In this document: positions 44,841-49,163 of the stretch, piece by piece
How positions within the stretch are numbered: position 1 is the first letter of the stretch
Layout of the letters: the number at the start of each line of letters is the position of its first letter
Assembly: GCA_009995385.1 (NCBI GenBank)
Contig: JAACPT010000003.1
Coordinates: 1-49,163, forward strand
DNA length: 49,163 bases
Source: Candidatus Parcubacteria bacterium
GTDB lineage: Bacteria > Patescibacteriota > Minisyncoccia > Phycocordibacterales > UBA918
Direction of reading: 5' to 3'
The notes under the pieces: model-generated
The model's input: only the letters and a program-made list of their open reading frames with translations
What the model was told of the DNA's origin: nothing
Databases searched by the model: none
Translations under genes and position numbers: made by a program

Positions 44841-45136
44841 ATATATTTTGTTTTGTTTCTACTAATAATTGGTTCTGCTCCACAGCCACTGATGCAGTAT
44901 ACACTTCTCTACCAGACAGAAAAAGACCCAAGGGTCCTCCAAAAATAAAAGGGTGACCATCGGGTCTGGGTAAAGGGTGTGCAAGCAACGCTTGCGGAAA
45001 AGAACAAAAATGAACTAAGTTCACTCATAAGAATACTACTACAAAGCTTTCCAGCAAGTGAGTTATACCCAGCAAAGCAGACTTTCTCGAAAAGTCATTA
45101 GGCAAGCTCCTTTGACTGGCATACAATAGAGAGTAT

Positions 45137-46027
45137 ATGCAAGCAAAAAATATCATCATCGCCACCCTCGTGTTGGCACTTATCATTGGAGTCGGTTTCT
45201 TATTCTTTAAAAACGGCAGTGATACCATCGTTGTGGTAAATGATGCACCAAGCACCACCACGGAGGAAGTCTTACCAGTAGAACCAGACAACGGCATTGG
45301 GGACACCCAAAATGTACAGAAAGCTGAAGACCAGCGAGGAGCTGAAAGTGTATTAGGCTATTCAGAAGGGGGAGAAGAAATCGTCGCCTACCATTTTGGT
45401 AGTGGGACTCGTGAGATTCTACTTATCGGTGGCGTGCATGGTGGTTACTCACCAAACACGGCTGACCTAGCCGATGAATTTGTCGCCTACTTTAAAAAAG
45501 ATAATACGGTCATTCCAAGTAACCTTATGGTAACTGTAATTCCAAATCTCAACCCTGATGGCTCAGAAAAAACCGGTACCGCTGGTCGTTTCAATAACAA
45601 TAACGTCGATATCAACCGTAACTTCGATTGCGATTGGTCTGCTACCGCACTGTGGCGTAGTGAGAAGGTAAGTGGTGGTACCGCCGCTTTCTCTGAACAA
45701 GAAGCAGCTGCCCTTCGTGATTATGTTGTAAAGTACGACCCTGCTATCGCTATCGTTTGGTTCAGTGCGGAAGGAAAAGTATACTCTTCGGCGTGTGACT
45801 CTACTCCAAGCAAAGCCTCAACTGAGCTCGCTGCTACCTTTGCTACCGCTGCTGGTTATCCAGCTGAAGCAGTATTTGACGCCTATCCAGTAACCGGAGA
45901 TATGGTCAACTGGATGGCAAAGCAAGGTATTCCTGCCATCAGCGTACTCCTTACCAATTACCAAAATACTGAATGGACCAAAAATGAAGCCGGCATCAAA
46001 GCCGTCCTCGCTAAATACGCAGAATAA
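45137..46027 (+). CDS. M14-like metallocarboxypeptidase-fold protein, predicted inactive paralog
   Basis: 296 aa with an N-terminal TM segment and the M14 landmarks NPDG and DINRNF. However, HGGYS, WFSAE and SVLL occupy the positions where the downstream paralog has HGGYE, WHSQA and TVEL. Confidence 0.6.
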   Translation: MQAKNIIIATLVLALIIGVGFLFFKNGSDTIVVVNDAPSTTTEEVLPVEPDNGIGDTQNVQKAEDQRGAESVLGYSEGGEEIVAYHFGSGTREILLIGGVHGGYSPNTADLADEFVAYFKKDNTVIPSNLMVTVIPNLNPDGSEKTGTAGRFNNNNVDINRNFDCDWSATALWRSEKVSGGTAAFSEQEAAALRDYVVKYDPAIAIVWFSAEGKVYSSACDSTPSKASTELAATFATAAGYPAEAVFDAYPVTGDMVNWMAKQGIPAISVLLTNYQNTEWTKNEAGIKAVLAKYAE

Positions 46028-46920
46028 TGAAGCAGTCACCGCTCATTGTTTTTGGGGCGATAGCATTGCTACTGCTCATCGGTGCATCATTCCTTTTCTT
46101 TAAAGAACCCGATGAACAAATTACTCCAATCGCGTTACCAGAAGAAATCATCAGTGCCCCAACAGTAGCGACCAGTTCGCACGCAGTAATCGGTACTTCA
46201 GTTGAAGGTCGTACTATTGAAACCTACACCTTTGGAACCGGAGAAACTGATCTACTGTTTGTCGGTGGTATGCACGGTGGCTACGAGTGGAACAGTATTC
46301 TCTTGGCATACGAAATGATTGATTATTTGAACTCCGATAGTGAAAACGTTCCAGAAAATATCACCGTACATATTATTCCCAATCTCAATCCCGATGGACT
46401 CTTTGTTGCGACTGGATTAGAAGGAAGATTTGTCGCTACCGATGTACCAAACAACAATATGCACACGTCAGGTATTGGGCGTATGAATGCACGAGACGTA
46501 GACCTCAACCGAAACTTTGCTTGCAAGTGGGCACCAGAAAGTACTTGGCGTAGCAAAAAAGTAAGTGCCGGCACAGCAGCTTTTTCCGAACCGGAAGCTA
46601 CTGCACTTCGTGATTATGTAGAGACTATCACTCCGGCAGCGGTCGTCTTTTGGCACAGCCAAGCGAATACTGTGTATGCCTCTGAATGTATGAGCGGCGT
46701 ACTCCCAGCAACACTCACGCTCATGAGTACCTATGCTACTGCTGCGAGCTATGGCGCTGTCCCAGTCTTTGACGCCTACCCAATCACTGGCGATGCCGAA
46801 GGCTGGCTAGCCTCACTCGACATTCCAGCTGTGACAGTAGAACTTGGCTCTCGCACCAGTATTGAATGGCAAAAGAATCTCGCCGGCACAAAAGCAGTGT
46901 TGCAGTTGTATACTAAGTAA
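46027..46920 (+). CDS. M14-family zinc carboxypeptidase-like protein (MpaA-like)
   Basis: 297 aa with an N-terminal TM segment and GGMHGGYEWN, NPDG, DLNRNF, FWHSQ and VTVELG motifs. The start overlaps the paralog's stop (TAATG). Confidence 0.65.
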   Translation: MKQSPLIVFGAIALLLLIGASFLFFKEPDEQITPIALPEEIISAPTVATSSHAVIGTSVEGRTIETYTFGTGETDLLFVGGMHGGYEWNSILLAYEMIDYLNSDSENVPENITVHIIPNLNPDGLFVATGLEGRFVATDVPNNNMHTSGIGRMNARDVDLNRNFACKWAPESTWRSKKVSAGTAAFSEPEATALRDYVETITPAAVVFWHSQANTVYASECMSGVLPATLTLMSTYATAASYGAVPVFDAYPITGDAEGWLASLDIPAVTVELGSRTSIEWQKNLAGTKAVLQLYTK

Positions 46921-46934
46921 TAATACTGTACAGC

Positions 46935-46965
46935 AAAAACCTCAAGGTCAATCCTTGGGGTTTTT
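46935..46965 (+). terminator. Rho-independent terminator
   Basis: AAAAACCTCAAGG-TCAAT-CCTTGGGGTTTTT (one G-U pair). Confidence 0.7.
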
Positions 46966-47019
46966 ACGTTTCTACGATACCGAGTGATACAATTATTACA
47001 TTAGTATTAATCAGTATCT

Positions 47020-48063
47020 ATGCACTCATTTTTTCAAAATAAATTTGTTCGATTTGGACTTATCGGTATCAGCGGATTGGCGTTTGTTTTTATCGCAATT
47101 ATTATACTTTTCATAATCCAAAATAGTTTGACGTCGAGTACCGGATTCTCAGGTGGAGATACAAAATTTTATGGACCAACCGCATCTATGGGTGCACCCT
47201 CATTTTCTAATTCCCTCAGTGGTCGAGGGGCAATGATGCAAGATTCCGTATCAATGATGGAAGTAGACTCAACGTACTACTATCCTCCAGTCCCGACACC
47301 CGGTGGATACACTAGCGGTCTAGAGTCATATGAGACTTCTAGCTATAAGGTCTTCGCCCGGACAAAAGAATTCGACGCGCTGTGTGGCACGCTCACGACA
47401 TTAAAAGGTGATACAAAGATACATTTCAAGACCCTTACTTCTTCGACCAATAACTGCTACGCGACATTCTTTGTGGCGGAAGAAAAAGTAGGGAGTGTCC
47501 TTACAACACTTACAAGCTACCGTGGGGTAGAAGTCACTCGTGATACTGAGTCAGTCACGCGACATAAAGCACAGCTTGAAAGTCAGACCAGTATCGTGCA
47601 ACAACAACTCACCAGTGTACAACGTTCACTCACTGCAGCGGAAACACAATTTGATGAAATCGCTGCGTTTGCCAAAACATCTAATAGTCCAGAAACTCTC
47701 GCACAAGCAATTCGAGAAAAACTTACTATGATTGACACCCTCACACAACGAAAAATTTCCCTCACCGATCAATTGAATAATTTATACCAGCAAGCAGCTG
47801 ATTTAAATGAGCGTCTTGATGTTGTGCAATTTGATGTAAATATCACTCGCGCCATACCACTCGTTACTGACAAATACGAACGGCAATGGGATCAGGCCTG
47901 GGAAAATCTTCAAGACGAATTCACTAGTACACTTATCGGTATCACTGCTTCCTTTGGAGTCTTTCTCCTTTGGATGCTTCGGCTCGGTCTCTATCTCTTG
48001 ATACTCATTGTTGTACTACGCGGCTTTTGGAAATTTGCCAATTTGGTGTGGATGAAGTGGTAG
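47020..48063 (+). CDS. Membrane protein with a central coiled coil and C-terminal TM pair (DUF4349-like architecture)
   Basis: 347 aa with an N-terminal TM segment, a helical region (QLESQTSIVQQQLTSVQRSL...) and two C-terminal TM helices. The family call rests on architecture only. Confidence 0.45.
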   Translation: MHSFFQNKFVRFGLIGISGLAFVFIAIIILFIIQNSLTSSTGFSGGDTKFYGPTASMGAPSFSNSLSGRGAMMQDSVSMMEVDSTYYYPPVPTPGGYTSGLESYETSSYKVFARTKEFDALCGTLTTLKGDTKIHFKTLTSSTNNCYATFFVAEEKVGSVLTTLTSYRGVEVTRDTESVTRHKAQLESQTSIVQQQLTSVQRSLTAAETQFDEIAAFAKTSNSPETLAQAIREKLTMIDTLTQRKISLTDQLNNLYQQAADLNERLDVVQFDVNITRAIPLVTDKYERQWDQAWENLQDEFTSTLIGITASFGVFLLWMLRLGLYLLILIVVLRGFWKFANLVWMKW

Positions 48064-48075
48064 GAATGTGAAAGT

Positions 48076-48109
48076 AAAAAAAGACCGGGCGTTAGCCCGG
48101 TCTTTTTTT
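48076..48109. terminator. Bidirectional terminator between convergent genes
   Basis: AAAAAAAGACCGGGC-GTTA-GCCCGGTCTTTTTTT. Confidence 0.85.
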
Positions 48110-49073
48110 ACACTACCTTCACGTATTTTCGGTGCGGTGAATTACACTTCCACATGATGCTCTCAAGATAGTAATGGGTAAAAGCGAATAGCATAATGAA
48201 TGTGAATACCAGCTCTGGACTGGTAATACTTTCTCGTAAAAGCACTCCCGAAAATATTGCAATAAGCGGAACGATGACGATGAGTGATAGTGGTAACAGT
48301 GGGATAAAGGTATACAGCATATTTTTCACCTGGTCATTGTTACGATTCATTTCATGCGTGATGTAAAACAGAAACGCCGTCACGTCATGGATAAACCTAG
48401 CCACAAAGACAGCTAAAAAGATATATCCAAACCACAACACTGTATAACTCGTGATAACCATCAGCAGGGTAAGTGCGATGTATGCCACTCCCTTGCGTGA
48501 ATGAGTGGTGTATGCAAGGACACCACCGCTCACCAGCGCAATCGCCAGTGTCGCTAAAATAAAAGCGGAGAGATACGAAGCTTGCACATTTCCAAAAAAG
48601 CTTGGCAGGATGATAACGACATACATCGCAGCAGTGCTACACACCAGACTCCAAGCCCACCGCTCATGCCATTTATTTTTCGGTACATCAAACATGAGTG
48701 CAATGCCAGTCTGTTGTCTCATAACGTGATACATAGTCGCTGCGAGATACACAGCGACAGCAGTCATATAATCAAACTGCAGTAGCAAGTAGAACCCTAC
48801 CAGTAATAGTGGGATGCCTACCATAAGATGCGTTCGATAGTGTGTGGCATATTCCTTATCAAAGAAACCAACGAAGCTAGCAAAAATGTGTGGCATTTCA
48901 AAAATGAGCAAATAGAAAGGCAAGAAGAGAGATGCTAATCCGAAATACGGCAGAAGTCCGCAGTCATTGAAAGTGATGTCCCAAAACCATACCAAGAGCA
49001 CCAACGGGACGACCGCAAAGAGACCGAGTATCCATGAGCGGGGAATTGAGTAAAACGATTTTTCTGTGTGCAT
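48108..49073 (-). CDS. Polytopic membrane protein (about 9 TM, several conserved His), function unknown
   Basis: 321 aa, hydrophobic throughout, with the C-terminus ...FTHYYLESIMWKCNSPHRKYVKVV. Confidence 0.6.
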   Translation of the reverse strand: MHTEKSFYSIPRSWILGLFAVVPLVLLVWFWDITFNDCGLLPYFGLASLFLPFYLLIFEMPHIFASFVGFFDKEYATHYRTHLMVGIPLLLVGFYLLLQFDYMTAVAVYLAATMYHVMRQQTGIALMFDVPKNKWHERWAWSLVCSTAAMYVVIILPSFFGNVQASYLSAFILATLAIALVSGGVLAYTTHSRKGVAYIALTLLMVITSYTVLWFGYIFLAVFVARFIHDVTAFLFYITHEMNRNNDQVKNMLYTFIPLLPLSLIVIVPLIAIFSGVLLRESITSPELVFTFIMLFAFTHYYLESIMWKCNSPHRKYVKVV

Positions 49074-49088
49074 AATATTTATTTTAAA

Positions 49089-49163
49089 TTACACTACTTT
49101 TACATATTTTCGGTGTGGCGTGTCACGTTTCCACATGACGCTTTCTAAATAAAAATGTGACAT
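49089..49163 (-). CDS. C-terminal end of a tandem paralog of the 48108..49073 membrane protein (partial; continues right of the window)
   Basis: The reverse translation ...SHFYLESVMWKRDTPHRKYVKVV* matches the C-terminus of the neighbouring gene almost residue for residue. Confidence 0.6.
   Translation of the reverse strand: MSHFYLESVMWKRDTPHRKYVKVV

Noticed and set aside
1-49163. An alternative genetic code (TGA read as Gly or Trp, as in some CPR lineages or Mollicutes)
   Set aside because: tpiA and yraN end on TGA at the expected protein length. The well-recognised genes read as full-length ORFs under the standard code.
1-49163. CRISPR arrays, rRNA genes, IS elements or intact integrases/transposases
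   Set aside because: I noticed no regularly spaced direct repeats, rRNA-like sequence, or transposase/integrase-like ORFs on either strand.

Overview
This is a 49 kb bacterial chromosomal segment of about 42-45% G+C by eye. It is densely packed with housekeeping genes, and the gene content suggests (by inference) a small-genome Patescibacteria/CPR-like organism. The genes I recognise are:
- recJ (partial), a HIT-family gene, pgk and tpiA.
- A type IV pilus operon: pilB, pilC, two prepilin-motif proteins (one of 585 aa) and a PilX-like protein.
- nusA, ppa, tig, clpP, rny, an HU gene and a corA-like gene.
- An ECF sigma / anti-sigma-like pair, a trypsin-like protease, and DUF4105-like and YiiX-like proteins.
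- yraN, cca, xth, a HI0933-type flavoprotein, a prmC-like gene and a cold-shock gene.
- A ClpB/C-like AAA+ protein, a DUF2339-like giant membrane protein and two tandem M14-like peptidases.
- Five tRNAs: Gly-UCC, Pro-UGG, Gly-GCC, Arg-UCG and Leu-CAG.

The standard genetic code is in use, with TGA as a stop. I saw no CRISPR array, rRNA, or intact transposase or integrase.

The most interesting signal lies at about 28.4-32.8 kb:
- Nine parS-like palindromes (core GTTTCACGTGAAAC) are packed into 0.6 kb, in and around yraN.
- Two small clusters carry perfect DnaA boxes.
- The 8-9-mer TAAAGGACA is locally enriched, with 8 copies in 3.5 kb, including a tandem pair and an inverted copy.
- There is an AT-rich divergent spacer.
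- An 840 bp stretch has no ORF of 60 aa or more in any frame, is full of strong hairpins, and is bracketed by 18-19 nt direct repeats.

Together these look like an origin/centromere-type DNA region, or an embedded plasmid-like ori/par module. The alternative for the ORF-free stretch is an unclassified structured RNA locus.

Secondary leads:
- A gene-decay patch next to tRNA-Gly, with a duplicated tRNA 3' end.
- A trigger factor without a PPIase domain.
- A membrane-anchored Clp-like ATPase with a degenerate first AAA+ domain.
- A pseudo-enzyme / enzyme M14 pair.

All calls come from reading the sequence and the ORF translations. No database search was run.
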